Positions 1 to 15,369 of a stretch of 34,281 bases of DNA are shown in pieces; position 1 is the stretch's first letter, and each line of letters starts with the position of its first letter. The stretch is taken from NCBI GenBank assembly GCA_051047955.1, contig JBPGPT010000036.1, positions 124,001-158,281 of the forward strand, written 5' to 3'. This DNA is from Cystobasidiomycetes sp. EMM_F5. Taxonomy: Eukaryota. The translations under genes and the position numbers were made by a program. The notes below the pieces were generated by a model. It did no database searches, had not been told where the DNA came from, and was given only the letters and a program-made list of their open reading frames with translations.

Positions 1-85
1 ATAATCGGAACATTAGAAAATGGATTCGTGAGCAAGTCTCGAGTCTAGGCGCCGGCCGCAGAGTCGCGGAGAGACTGGTGATGCA

Positions 86-3000
86 ATGACATCCAAAGCA
101 GACACTGGCACATATGGCGGTGTCGATGATGCTGCGAGGAATGCCATACAGCAATTAACGCCCAGTGACAGTCCAGCGCCAAACCCGTTACTCACAGACT
201 ATGCATCGCCTGGTTGTTGCACGTCAAACACACCAAGTGTCACGCACGATGTCGCATGCCGGGAAGCCTTCTCACAGCCCACCGACCGTCTTGGAGGCGA
301 TATTGTTCGAGACACAGCTCTTCTGCCGGCAAAGATGGCGCGACGGATCTCCACATCCCGTCAAATGACCCAAGACTTTGATCCTAGCGCGCACGACAAG
401 CTGTACAACAACATTCCACCGTCAGTCAAAAACGGAACATTTATGCAAAAAGTATCGGCCAAGAAAGCACAGCGCCGTCTGGTCAAGCTCAAACCAGAGG
501 CAGGCCAACTCTGGTGGGAAAGCAAGCATACTGGGATGCGTAAGTGCCCGCGCAGCAGAACATGCAAATGAGAGAACAATCTTTGAATATGATCTTCATC
601 CCTGTCGCCAGTCAACATCGAATCTATTCGGGAAATGCGCTTTGATGAAGCAGCCTCAGGATTCATCTCGTCGCTGCGTTGCGATATACCCGATGCTCAG
701 TCAAAATGGATTACCATCATCTACACCTTCGCAGGCAAATACAAGATTCTACACCTCATTGCACCAACACAAGCCGCACACGCGGAATGGAAACAAACCT
801 TACAATCCTTGTATGATCAGCGGAAGGAACTCATGGGCGGCCTCGATCAGATGAGGAAGCGCAATTCTATCTGGCTGAAACAGCATTGGTCGACTGCCGA
901 TGCCAATGGCGATCAGAAATTAGATCTGGCCGATGTTTCTGCTCTATGTCGCAATCTGAACATTACGGCCAGCGAAAAGGAGATCAAGGTCAAGTTCCGG
1001 GTACGTATCAGTCCATAACTCGTGTCAATCTGTAACAATGAATCGAGTCACCCTCACAGGCTGCTGATGTGAATCAGCGTGGACACCTGGACTTTCATGA
1101 CTTCCAGGTTTTTGTGAAGCAGCTGCGGCGTAGGCCGGAGATAGAGGCAATTTTACGGTCTTTGAGCACTACGAATGACGAATCGATCTCTTTGGAAGCC
1201 TTCACATATTTCATCCGTAACGTTCAGGGTGTTCCAGCGCAAAGTATAGACGACAATGCTGTCGCAAAGATGTACATCAAATTCTGCGACGCTCTCGGTC
1301 AGACAGCAGCTACGCCCACAACTTCTTCGTCCGCTCGTCAATCTGCGATGACTCTGGAAGGGTTCACCTCTTTCTTATTGAGTTCTGACAATATGGCAAT
1401 AAACGAGCGGGAACTCCGAGTGTGCGACGACATGAGCAAGCCGATATGCGCGTATTATATATCGTCTAGCCATAATGTATGAGTAGAGAACCCATGTTTT
1501 CGAGTACTACTGACGGCGTTGTTTCTCGGGCAGACCTATCTAGTGGGAGGCCAGCTCAAGGGGGAATCCACATCGGAGGGCTATATTCGCGCTCTGCAGC
1601 AAGGGTGTCGCAGCGTTGAATGTATGTGTCGTTCAGCACAGGGGACAGTCCCGTATACTAAAGATCATACATAATGAACACAGTGGACGTGTGGGATGGG
1701 CCAATTGAACCCCTCGTGTTTCACGGAAGAACCCTGACATCAAAACTGCCTGCAAGAGAGGCTCTAGCTGCTATTGCAAAGTATGCATTCGTAGCCTCGC
1801 CATATCCCGTCATCTTGTCCATGGAGGTACATTGTGACCACGCACAGCAGGATAAGTTGGCGGAGATCCTGCGCGAGACCTTGGGATCTGCGTTGGTCGA
1901 TGAGCCCTTATTTGGCGAAGAGCGACGGACAGACCACGCCAATTGCCCGCAGGTGGATAGATTGCCCAGCCCGGAAGATCTGAAATATCGTATACTTGTC
2001 AAAGCCAAGAATCTATACGTGGTCGCAGCTGCACCAGGAGCCAAAGGCAGTAAGGACGACCTCACAATGGTAGACCCATCATCGGAAAGCTCCAGTGCAA
2101 GCTCAGATTCAGATCTGAAAAAGGGCAAGGCTTTGGTATATATTCCAACGTGGTAATGCTGACACTCAAGCTCTGTAGTGTTCACATCGGCAATGCGGAT
2201 CATCCGACCTCGGTCAAACAAGCCGACTTCGCCGGACATTACACCCGCAACCTCTCCTGCTTTCCCAGATCATGAGCGGTCAGGGTTCTTTGCTGTGCCG
2301 GACACGCCTCTCCTTGCATCGTCGGTAGGATCGCCACGAGGCAGCTCTTTTGGATCGCCTCCGACGTCTTTGCCAAGCGGGCCAATCGAACGTCAGGGTC
2401 CCATTGCAATACAGGCACCGAAACTAGACCAATCCATTGCCGAATCGACGTCAGGCCAGACTACAATTCCCAGACGCATGTCGCTATCACGCATGCTGTC
2501 CCGCTCGTTGTCTTCGTCGTCGTCCGCTAAGGGTGCCCGAGCCATCGACAAAGCCGCTGCGGCGGAGAACGCCAAAATGCGTGCGAAAGAGAAGCCGCTC
2601 ATGTCGTTTGCTTTGGCATCGCTTATTGTATACACTGTCGGTGTAAAGTGGCGAGGTTTCAACAAGAAGGAAGTATATTCTCCTTCCCACGTCATTTCAC
2701 TCGGTGAACGTCGCGCTGCCAAAGTCATCAAGGATGCACGACAGGATCTAGTCGCACATGACCGTACGCATCTTCTTCGCATATACCCTGCTGGCATGCG
2801 CTTCACCAGTAGCAATTATTCTCCATTGCCATTCTGGGCCGCTGGAGCGCAGCTCGTTGCTCTGAATTGGCAGACTTACGATCTAGGCCTCGAGCTCAAC
2901 AGCGCGCTCTTCCAGAGGAATGGCCGTTGTGGTTACGTCTTGAAGCCGGATGTATTACGAGAAAAGAGAGCAGATGCAAAGGACAAGGAGATACTGGCAC

Positions 3001-3598
3001 AAACCGAAAAGTACGTCCTGATTTGTGAAGTGCTTTCTGCCCAGCAATTGCCACGTCCTCGCGAAGCGATGCCGGACGATAGCCCGAGCATCTTCGAGGA
3101 AGCACAATCCTTCTTAGCGGCGAAGGAGAAGCCTGCCATTGCTCTGAACCCCTTCGTCGAAGTTTGCGTTCATGCGCCATTGACCGGTACTTCAGGCGCC
3201 CAGCAAGGCATTGATGGACCTTTTAAATACCGAACACCAACAGTCTTTGGCAATGGATTCAACCCTGTTTTTGAGTCGAGTCGCTTCAGGGTTCCGCTTG
3301 TCGTTCCAGCCAACATGCTCGATTTAGCATTTCTACGACTGGAGTGCATGGTCCGCATTGGCAACGACGAAGTGTCCTTAGGCAAATACACAATCAGCCT
3401 TCCAGTCTTACAGCCTGGTGCGTGCAGAGACCATTCTGCGTTGTCTGCGGAAAACTCCGGTGACTTGAGCTGAATGAATGAATATACCCTCTGATATCAG
3501 GCTATCGGCATGTGCCGCTGTACGACCACTCAGGACAGCAGTTTCTTTTTTCATCGCTTTTCATATTTACGCAGCTACAGAAGATATCGGGTGCGTAG
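86..3598 (+). CDS. PLC1: Phosphoinositide-specific phospholipase C (PH-EF-hand-X-Y-C2), 7 exons
   Basis: Manual splicing gives exons 86-539, 612-1000, 1060-1476, 1534-1621, 1684-2124, 2179-3417, 3501-3598. X-box motifs [26 protein letters not shown] and [14 protein letters not shown]-box [23 protein letters not shown], and C2 terminus [11 protein letters not shown]. The start codon is the first ATG of the ORF and could be wrong. Confidence 0.95.
2125..2178 (+). other. Probable non-canonical GC-AG intron in PLC
   Basis: The only frame-compatible join between the X-box exon and the 2178-3473 ORF that I found is AAG G|gcaagg...tgctgac...ctctgtag|TG TTC (54 nt). The nearby GT at TTG|GTATAT gives the wrong phase. 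Confidence 0.65.
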
Positions 3599-4008
3599 GA
3601 GTCGGCAGGGTGACAGTCTGGCAGAAGTTTACGGTTTGAAAGGGTCAGTGTTGAAGTAGAGACCACGAGGACGGCAGTAGGCGTGGACGCAGTCTCAGTT
3701 GCGCTCCAAAGGCGCGTTGTTAGTCACAGCGAGGAAGTCGGACACGAAACAGCAGTCGCACCAGTTCCTGTTGTTGTCACATATGTATACATTTCGGCTG
3801 GTCGGAAACGGCGGCTCCGTATCCGAACTGAGGATCCGGGACATCCGAAGACGTAAAAACATTCTTGACAGCGGTGCCCCGGCTGCGGTCGTTTACAAGT
3901 CAGTCTGCAGTGTTTTGTTAGCAGTGAGGCAGGCTTCATTACATTCGAGTCGGCGTCAGTCAAGTATCCGTCAGAACGAGCAGAGACCGCCAATATCCAG
4001 TCGCAAGA

Positions 4009-5642
<1,634 letters not shown>

Positions 5643-5723
5643 GCTTCGTTGTATGCCAGTTTATGGCACGAGCCCAGTGCAGTACGCGTAGTGCAGTTGC
5701 AGAATCAAGCCAATTTCACTTTG

Positions 5724-7266
5724 TCAAGACGAATTATCCGGATATAGAGACCAGAGGCTGATGCGCTGGTCTGATCCCGCGAAAGCACACCAGGCATGTG
5801 CATCTGGCAACAATCCAGGCGACCTGGTGTTTACACTTATTTCACTAGGCGTATTGGCGGTCGTCGCGAATGCAGCGGTAAAAACGCTATCTCGATGATA
5901 TTCTAGGACGGCCAGAGGCTTGAAGGTCTTTGCCGAGTGTATACGTATTCTGTAATGCGATAAGGCTGTATAAGTGCACTGACACGACACAACGGTGGGC
6001 CATCTACATACTTTCCATCCCATCCGGTAATGGCTAGAATGCGGCTATCGTCGCGGATTGCAACGCACGCCCGTCCGGGATACGCTGTTTGGTAGGCTCG
6101 AGATGTATCATTGGACTGTCAAGGCGTGCAAATCAGTCAACAACCAGCAATTTGCTTGTCGGAACCTTACCAAATCGTAGCGGCCCACCATATTATCTGC
6201 ACTGACCGACCAGGCAAATTTGAGATCCATTTGGATGGAAAGACTCATTACTGCAAGCGACAGTATCAACATCAACATAGACATATTACGTGTAGCGCAT
6301 ATCAAGAGCAGGCATACCTGGCTCCTTGTGTAATTTGTGTTCGCAGATCTTGACCCAGCCTTCCCCGTCTTGTACGTGGTCGTGTGCGGCATCAGTGCCT
6401 GCTTGACGTGCAGCATTCCGCTCGAACATAGCTACTCTTCCATCCTCGTAGCCAGCTAGTAGGCGGAGGGTGTGCTCTTGTCCTTTCAGGCAATGCAAGC
6501 GGAGCGACATGACCGTGCCTGCCATACAAATGAGTGTTGTAGACAGAAAGTCAATGCAAGCGGCATGAAAGGCCCACCCGTCTTTGTCTCGAATGCATTA
6601 GCTCCTATACTCTTGTATCGTCTGCTCCGAGAGGGTATGTGAAACACGTCCGCCTGTGATATATCGCAAGTCTAGGGTTCACTGGTCATCCATGATGGAC
6701 CAAGTCTCTCACATGTTGGTCGTTGAGCACGCTGGGAACCGCTACGAGGGCTTCCTGGTGCGACAACGGTACCAGTGAGCACTGGCAATATCCGAGCGCG
6801 TTGACCTCGACAGTCAATGTGGGGCTCAGGATGTCTGGCCTGTCCGGGGATGGGGCAGGACTGGTGTCTTCGTTCAAGCGACTGGACGATGGGAATCGAA
6901 AGACGTGAATCTTGTTATCGCGGCCATGCGTTACGACGTTATCATGCCAGGGAATGACTGTCAGAACGCTCGCGGCGTGAACTCGCGCAAACAGTATCGG
7001 ACGAAACGTCTCTAGGGACCAGCAGGCAAGGAAACCGTCAGAATCGCTGGGTTATGGGAGAAACCCAATGAGCGTATGCCCTTGATGGATTGCAATAGAC
7101 TGCCAACACACCCAGACAAGATGTACGGCCCAGTCTGGCTGAACGCGAGCGTATTGATTTGGCTGGAATGGCCTCGCAACACATATGCTGGAGCGGGACT
7201 TGGATCCGGACGAGTTACAGTCAGAGCACGGCCAGCTGCATCGTATGGTGGTGCGCGCAAAGTCAT
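5724..7266 (-). CDS. ASA1: WD40 repeat protein, ASTRA-associated protein 1 (Asa1/GNB1L family), multi-exon
   Basis: VLRGHSSQINTLAFS, SGDSDGFLACWSL, THGRDNKIHVF, EVNALGYCQCS, LLAGYEDGRV, LAVLEYHRDSV and the C-terminal DQRISLWSLYP match Asa1-family signatures as I recall them. GT-AG introns join the ORF pieces. Confidence 0.85.
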
Positions 7267-7364
7267 AGTATCGGGCTGGCATCGAGAAGCGCACAACAGG
7301 CTACTGCCAACTTGGCAAACACGACAACTATCCCCACAATCCTGCTTGTGGGCATTACAAACCC

Positions 7365-8317
7365 CTACGCATCCACCAGCAGCTGGTTGAGCATCTCCAT
7401 GACTTTGCGCTGCCGCTCTTGCGCAACCGCGTCGGGCGTCTTGAGAACGTAAAAGCAGGGTACTCCGAGCTGTAGTGCGTGCAGCGCATCAACGCTCATT
7501 AGCACGCTATATCCATGATACATGGCGCGCTGTCGCTGACACACCTGCTCCAGACGAGCTTGCTGCTCTCTGGCCGTGTTGTCCCATCGCTCAAGGGCAG
7601 CCTTGTCAAACTTTGTTAGAGTAGACGACAACAGCTTGCTCAGCCGCTGAAGACGTCAAGGTGAGCAAGATCAGCTTGTTGTACAGCCATAGACGATAGC
7701 ATTTGGCCGACTTGCATCAACATCGTAGTTGTAACTGTCGCCAGTCTTTGCAGCCGCATCCGTCGCGCGCTTCAATTGCTTCTCCAAGTCCGCCTTTGCA
7801 CGGTTCCGTTCGTCGACAATGTTGAGCTCTACGAGTTCCTGCTGGGACTTGAGCTGGTAGGGGGTTTAGGTCGTCAGCTTGAATGCGGGGATCCTGCACT
7901 CTATTGCCAATGTAAGCCTACTTGCTGCAGCGATTCAAGAAAGGCTGGATCAGAGGCCAGCTTTGTAATGTACGGCAGTGCTTGCGCAAAGGTCAGCTTG
8001 CGCAGGTCGACGTGTTGTTGCGGTTTTTCGGGCTGCCTGGCTGCGACTAGGTCTGCCGACGCGCTCGTCAGGATATCGAGGTATGCGGCACCGTACGGCA
8101 GCTCCGGGGGGTCATCAGATTGGAAAGAGTCTTGCGTTACAGGCCGCAGACTTGTCAAGAGCCGTTCCAGCTCAGAGTTGCCTTGGATCTCGCTGGTCAC
8201 CGCAGCGGTGTCGTCTGAAACGCCCGCATTCACGACGTCAAAGCTGACCTCGCCGTCTTCTGGCTGATCCTGCTGCTTGAGCTGACACAGGAGCGCCTGC
8301 AGTGCCGTCTGGTCCAT
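7365..8317 (-). CDS. Conserved fungal hypothetical protein, DUF2458-like, multi-exon
   Basis: Spliced ORF MDQTALQ...DLRKLTFAQALPYITKL...LKSQQELVE...KFDKAALERWD...QQARLEQ|LGVPCFY...RQRKVMEMLNQLL. The family assignment rests on recalled motif resemblance only. Confidence 0.65.
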
Positions 8318-8900
8318 TCTGACATGTTCTTATCGCTGACGGCAGCCGTTTGTCCGCTGAGCTCGGGCAGCCGTCTGGCGATAATTACACGATGGTAAAG
8401 TCGGAAGAAAGTCCAATATCTCTGCGCGAGTAGTGCTCACCAAGTCTGAGGAGCGGGGCTAACCTCGTGAATCGCTCCTCACGCCCCGGAATCCAGCGAC
8501 CAAGTTGTCGTTGACTGGATACAGTCCGTCTCCGCTTTGCAGCAGATCTAGAACACGGACGCGCAATGCACAACACGGTGCAGTGCAGTGCACATCGCCG
8601 TGATTGTCTCCTGAAGAGCCCTCCAGGGCAATGCCCCCCTGATACATCCCTCGCCCGTTCTCGAAATTCCGCTGCGGCCGAAATCGCTGTCCGATGTGCG
8701 AGCAGCTCTCGCCGACTCTGCTTGTTTCCCGTCTCGAGATGTACTCAAAGTCCACACGGACGGCGCCCCTCCTCCCTGTCGCTTTGCATCACGCAAACTA
8801 GCTGCGGTAGCTGAGCGAGCATCGCAGGGGCGTCACTGCCTGTCCACGCAGCGAGTGCAAACATTGCTGTCGAGCGCCGTTCAATCATTCAAAGCACAGT

Positions 8901-11563
8901 ATGGCGTCTGAACTACTCAGATCATCACATCGCCGGCACCGTAGCGAATCATTCCCGGCTACCGTGTCGGTACACTCGTCGTCTCCGTCGCTGCGGGAGA
9001 GCAACACCTTTAGCCCGTCAAGGATACATGGGCTGTCCCTGGTCGCAGAGGAGGAAGACGATGGTAGCCTAAGTCTGAATCAGCTCCATTCGCAATCTGG
9101 CTTGGTTCAAGTCCAGCCCCACACCTCCCTATCTCCATTGCTGCAACACTCAACTAAACATCACCACTCCCAGCTGTCAAAAGACATAGAGCAAGGCCAG
9201 ATTCCGATTCGCATTACGTATGGGACGCTCGCAGCAAGCGATTTAGACATCATCGCCGCCCTGTCGCCGCCAGCATCCGTCGACACTTTAGCGAATAGGC
9301 CTAACTTATCCTTGTTGGTCGCTCCCCGTAAATCTAAATCCAGTCTGAGGCCTTCTACTGCGCCATCGCATCTTTCGCCTCCTCTTGGTTACAAGTCTGA
9401 TGCATTCGGTCGCGCACAACCTAATCAGTCTTCTCCATACTATCTTGACACCACTACAACGGAGTACCGAAGTACTTCAAATGTGCCTGCCGGTCGACCG
9501 CGAACTGCACCTCATTCTGGTTCACGACACGCCGTACCCAATTTGAATATGCCAGCTCAAACGCCAGTCAAAATACATTCGCCTTCCTACCGCGTTGTTG
9601 GAGGCCACGACCGTGAAGTATTTGCCGAGCGGGCTGCCTTCTTTCGTCACGTAGAAGCCATGGCGTACAAAGAGCACCCTCACAAAACATCCTCTTCCGC
9701 CACGCCCTCGTCAACATCGGACACTGGCATCGCAAGATCGCCGCAGTATCATGGTCTGGGGCTTGGACTACCGATCTCACCATCGACGCAGCCGCCCCAA
9801 AGCGACATGAGCCTCGGTCGAGAAGCTTTTGTTAGGTGTGCAGAACGCCTTGGAACGCTGTCTGCATACGAAAAGGAGGCAGCTTTGCAGCGCGAGCTTC
9901 GTACAGCTAGTGAGCCAGCCCTATCATCCCTAGATCGTTACAGGCAGCCCTCGGCCCAGAGTGCGAAAAAGGCACGGAAGGCTGCCTTTGAGCAACGTGT
10001 GTTAGACCTTATTTCCACTCGCACCTGAGTAAAGCTGACCGCAACTTTGTAGGTAAAAACGCACTGCCTTCCATTGTTGAGCTGCATATGGCATCGAATC
10101 ACAGCATCTTCAGCGAAGATGGCCGGGCAATAGATTTCGCAGATATTATCCGTGCCAATTATGGAGGTATCACCATAGTGACTTTTGTCCGGCACATGTA
10201 TTGCGGCTTGTGCCAAGAATACCTCGCGCTGCTGAACCGGCTAGAGGAGCACACTTATGACAAGCATGGTGTTGATGTCATCGTCATTGGGTGCGGAGAT
10301 TGGCAACTGATCAGGGCCTACAAAGGTGAATACACCACACTTCGACCCTTCCAACCTCAGCTGACAGTCTCATGCAGCGCAGACCAAGTGGAGTGGCCGA
10401 ATGTATACAGATCCGCAGGGCGTTTTGCAAGACTACCTTGGAATGACGTGGAAGACACTAAGTGCAGGACCGGGATCAGCCAAGGGGTGAATCCAGGGAT
10501 GATCTCTGTTTGTACGAGATGAGATGACTGACATCAGATTGTAGAGACTATCAGCAGCGCAACATGCTGTGGAATGGTCTAGTCTCTGCAATGGTAAGCC
10601 TGCATAATGCACCCTACGTCGTAAGATCTAATATTCGACACCTAGAATGGCGTGAAGATGTTGTCAAAGCACCCCCGAAGTTCGCCTGGCAAATTTGACC
10701 GTTTGGGCGGTGAAATGGTGTTCAAGCATGACCCTGGTGAGTATACAGATTCTATCGGGCTTCCTCCTCGTCTTTGACCACAATGTACAGCCAATGATTT
10801 GGTAACATGCATTTACGCACATCGTATGACTACCACGCGGTCGCATGGACCCCTTCTTGCTGTTTTCCAAGCCGCCGGAGTTGATGTCAGCACTCAGCTC
10901 ACAGCCATTCAGAAAAAGCGCGACTCCAGACGACGATCGGCGCATAAACAGAGACAGCAGAGCAGTGATGACGGGAAGGAGATGAAGGAAGGATATGGAC
11001 CAAGCATGACTCCCTCTACGCCCGGTTTTTCGTCTGACGCTGCTTCGTCGCCCTCATCCATCGGCACACCTTATCTCGGCAACTGTAACAGCAACGACAG
11101 TTGCAAACGTGTACAGGCACCAGCAACGAACAAGCTCTCTACGGACGCGAATCCACTGATCCTAGGGTCTCCGCTAAAGATTGATCCAGAAGGTGCCGCT
11201 GGCATGTACAAGCGTATCTTGGCATCATACCGGTTTCCGCCTCACTGCGACAGACCGGTACCAGTTGGACCGGCATCCCCCAGCATAGTTTCCTTGCCAA
11301 CGACACCTTCTTCCTGCAAAGATAGGGGCACTTGGAGGTCTCCGAACTATACGGCTGAGTCCCTGAACAGCGACTTCAGCGACTTGAGCATACCCGAACT
11401 TGTCAGAGCCTCGGGCCTTACGCGTGCTGGTCGCGCGAACGAGAGAGAAGCAATCCGCGCTGGCCAAGAAGCGTATCAAGAAGCATTGGAGCGTCTAACT
11501 GATGCAGAGGCAACTGCGGCTGGGAATGTAGACAGTAGAGCGACAGATTATGGTTGGATCTGA
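8901..11563 (+). CDS. Thioredoxin-fold AhpC/TSA-like (PRXL2/AhpC-TSA_2 type) protein with long low-complexity Ser/Pro-rich N- and C-terminal extensions
   Basis: Intron 9998-10052 joins the 375-aa ORF in frame to IVTFVRHMYCGLCQEY (CxxC) and VIVIGCGDWQLI. Later exons give GGEMVF and YAHRMTTTRSH. Stop TGA at 11561-11563. Confidence 0.8.
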
Positions 11564-11803
11564 ATGCAGTCCCGCTATGGCCGAAAGAAATCGTCTTCAA
11601 AGCTGGATGCTTGTAAACGGGGCACCGTAGTTCACAGATTGACTTGCGGAAAAGCCAAGGGCTAGCGCAAAGTCTTTAGCCGCTGCGTTCCTGCTTCAGT
11701 GCAAGACTACGAGTCGCGGGGTCGGGAACCCTTAGTTGTTGTCATATTGCCGTGCTAGTCTATACTCGAGCCCGCTCCAATACTTCGCTGATTTGATGAC
11801 TGT

Positions 11804-13030
11804 TCAAGACTCTGCCAGCTGTGAGACAATGTTCAGGACAAGGGCTGGCTCGGTGATCTGACCGCTGCTGTTGCGGATGACGGCCATGATCCTTTTACGG
11901 AGCATGTTGTCGAGGCTTTGTCCGGTTATATCGGTGCGAAGGTGTGCTCCGGCGACAGTCGGCGCCAGTCTGCTGAATGTAGGGTTGTCTTCATGAGATG
12001 AAGCTGATAGATTTTGCGGAGGCTCGCTAAGAAGATCGAGTTGGGTCAATATGATCTGAAAGGACAGCCAGCATTGGCGAATCAAGGAGGACAAGTGGTA
12101 GACGGGTACAGGGTGTATCCACGGGAAGTACGAGCCAGGTAATAGGTATGCAAGCGGGCTGAGGAATGCTGGTAGTGTAAAGAGTGTCCGAGGCGTCGAT
12201 GCTAAGCACAAGTCGAGAGACAGGGTCAGAAACAGCGAGATGATGCGCCACTTGTATCAGCAAGGCAGGCGTCAGCACAAGACGACATTCGTGTAGAACG
12301 TGAAGACACTCACAAAGGTCTTGTTGTTTCGAGTCTGGGACATCACGGCTGGCGCGAGGACGAAAAGGACGAATGATACGATGTACCATCCGACAGCTCC
12401 CAACACTCCTCTGATGAGTATCTCACGTTGTGTTAGATGAAGAGACTGAACTGCTGACGCCAAGAACGGCCCAAATCTGGGATGCGCTGCCTCAGCAGGT
12501 GCAGGCGTAGTGCTCGACTACTCGTATCCTCACCTCTCATACGTTCTCGCCGCATCCGACCTGAGTGTATCGTAGGCAAGTTGGAGTTGTCGGAAATAAG
12601 CGACCGCGGCATCGTGCGCGTCAGAATTACTGCTAGCCACTTTATCGGGATGGTAACGGCGGACGAGGTACAGCCATCTCTGTCGGAGCACAGAGTCCTT
12701 CCAGCTGACGGAAAGAGCGGATTTGTGGTAGTCGGAAGAATAGTTGTCGGATAGACCAGGATGATAGCTCGTTTCAGCTTCGTGCACACCGAGTACAGCG
12801 TAGTAGTTCTCCTGCTGGAGGTCGTGCCAATGGCTTGCCAGGGTCCAGGCTACGTAGAGTAGCACAACCAGAGTATGTATGCGCTTCAGATCTTTCGCAT
12901 CGTCGCTTGGTTTGTCGCGAGCAGGTGGAGACAGCTTCCGATATGCAGACAAGGCCAGCCGCGACAGGACGGCGGGGAGGAGATGCGAGGCTGCGGAAAC
13001 GAGGACGAGGGAGATCAACGGGGACGACAT
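11804..13030 (-). CDS. J-domain (DnaJ-like) multi-pass membrane protein, 3 exons
   Basis: ENYYAVLGV...RRYHPDK...FRQLQLAYDTLRS..YER|FG has an intact HPD motif. Hydrophobic segments flank the J-domain, and GT-AG introns lie near 12475-12533 and 12254-12313. Confidence 0.8.
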
Positions 13031-13522
13031 GGATTGAGTCTAATGGAAGATAGTAAGCGCTGGCGTTAGTTTTGCTCTGAAATGTCAAGTTAGCAGTCAG
13101 TTGTCAGACGGTCAACATGTTGCTTTTCGACCAAGTCGGCGACGATTCTGAGACTGCCAATAACCTGAGCTCTGCCAAATCAACACATCAGCTATATTTC
13201 AGCTGAACTCAACCAAAGCCGGCTGCCCGTCCGAGCTCGCCGTCGCAGCATCCCGCAGCAAGCATCCCGGAAAGAAACGCAGGAAATCAGTTAAAACCTC
13301 ACAGTTCTCGCTTTGCGGCTGCTCAGCATGCTGACGACGTAGCCAAAGATCCTAGCTGGGCTGATCTTTCAAGTGTACGGCTGCTCGGCTGCGAAGCTTC
13401 CACGTCGAAAGGCTGGACGTCAAAGCTGGCTGTTTCAGGAAGGCAGCGACGGAAGCTCACAGCTATTCACGTATTGATACTGAAGAGTAGACCGCACTGC
13501 TGTCACATCCTGCTGCGCAAAG

Positions 13523-15369
13523 ATGGGAGACTATCGAAGCTACCCGAAGAGTTCAGCGTCCCCCGCTTCTTCCGACGAACTGCGCTATACTGCGTCCGAC
13601 AAAGATGCTTTGCTTCCCGTAGCGAATACGCAATCTCTAGGGATTCAATCGTCTAGCTATCTGAGCCAGCTTACTGCTCATTTGCCCGCCCACTGGCATC
13701 ACGTCAAGAGGAGAAGCGGACGATGGATCCCCCTGACAATCTTGATGGGCCTCTTGTTGACTGCAGTCGTGCGGAGTGGACGACTGTACGAAAGCGTGTA
13801 CAACGTGCGAGCGAGCAACTCCTACGGTCAAGGTGTCCAGAACGCTCGCGACGGGCTGGCAGGAGATCAAGATGGAAATGAGCGGGTAGCTGCCATTCCC
13901 GGCGGAGGCGCTGCACGTTGGCGCTATTCGCATCAAGACGTAAAGAAACCCGAAGAATCGGAAACATCAGCACTGCACCCACCTTTGACTTCGCTGGGCC
14001 CTGAAGCCGATCTCGTGTATGAGAATGTGGGAAGTACAGACCCTGTTGATTATCGAAACGATCTGGAGCAGTTTCTACTTTCCGCTTTCCCTAGCTTGGA
14101 TTCCAACGCTTCGGATCCCGACTCTTTGGTCAGTATACTGCACGACTATTTTCCTCCACCGCGGCCGCTGCCGCATGGCGACAATCCCCAGCAAGCTTTT
14201 CAACGGATGGCCCTACTTCCCTTAAAGTCCTTTGTGCAAGGCATACAGTCTTTACGGTTGGGCGCGCTTGGAGGCGCATCTAAAGCTAGCCTTGCCATCA
14301 CAGAATCTCGCAAGCCCCATCGGCACCACACTATCCAGAAAAGTATCTTCCAGACATCTTGGCAGGCTGGCGACGATGCGCCCAGCGACTCCTTATCGGC
14401 GAGTAGCTGGAAGGATCTCAACAGGAATGACGGCTACGTCTACAACTACTTTGACGATCGTCGCGCTGGACTGTGGATGGCACAGCGTTTTGGCACGAAT
14501 GCCTCTGAACTGGCTACATCCACTGTTCATGCCATTAATGGTGGCAGCATTGCAGACACTTACGTCAGCATGGCGGGTATACCAGTGATGCAAAGTGATT
14601 TCTGGCGGTATGCTGTTTTAGCAAGCGAAGGGGGAATTTACTGTGCGTACAGACAAATTCAGGACCGATCCCGTCAGCTAAATATGCGGTTCCATGCATA
14701 GCCGACTTAGACACTACGTGCCTCCGACCTATAATGACATGGCATCGTGATCCTTGGGCGCGCTGGACGCCCAAACAAGCGGACGTAGAGACGCAAGACT
14801 CTTTGTCTGCCTCATCGCGTGGAGTTCCTGCAGAGATAGCCGTTGAACCTACCCCTGCCGTCATCATTGGCGTTGAACAAGATGTTGGTGACCGCTCCGA
14901 CTGGCATCAGTGGTGGCCAAGGCCGTTAGGCATCGTCCAGTGGACGATAGCTTCCACCAGAGGTCACCCAATCATGCTGGATGTACTGCGCCGAGTGTCG
15001 CACTCAGTCAATCCAGTATACGCGAAGAAGGGCGTTGCAGGTTCAAGAGACCAGGGATTGAAGCCTCTGAATATTGCCGATGCTGCCACGAGTGTCAGGA
15101 ATCTGGAAGCCGTCGTCGAACAGACAGGCCCCGGCCCATTCACTGACTCGGTCTTACGGTATCTTGGAGCCAAGTACAATGTCTCCTGGCCTGATCTCCG
15201 TGACATGCCACCACAAGGTCGAATGTATGGCGATAACGATGTTCTCGTGCTATCGGTCACGGCCTTCTCGCCTGGGGTGGGTAATTTCGGCGCGGGCGAC
15301 ACGACCCATGATGCGGCTCTCGTGCTGCACGGATTCAGTGGTAGTTGGAAATCTGCTCACGGGCGTTGA
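13523..15369 (+). CDS. Glycosyltransferase family 32 alpha-1,6-mannosyltransferase (Och1/Hoc1-like), type II membrane protein, 2 exons
   Basis: N-terminal TM segment WIPLTILMGLLLTAVV. QSDFWRYAVLASEGGIY|SDLDT carries the DxD motif across intron 14643-14701. Also IIGVEQD, QWTIAS..GHP, TGPGPFTD and HGFSGSWK. Confidence 0.9.
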
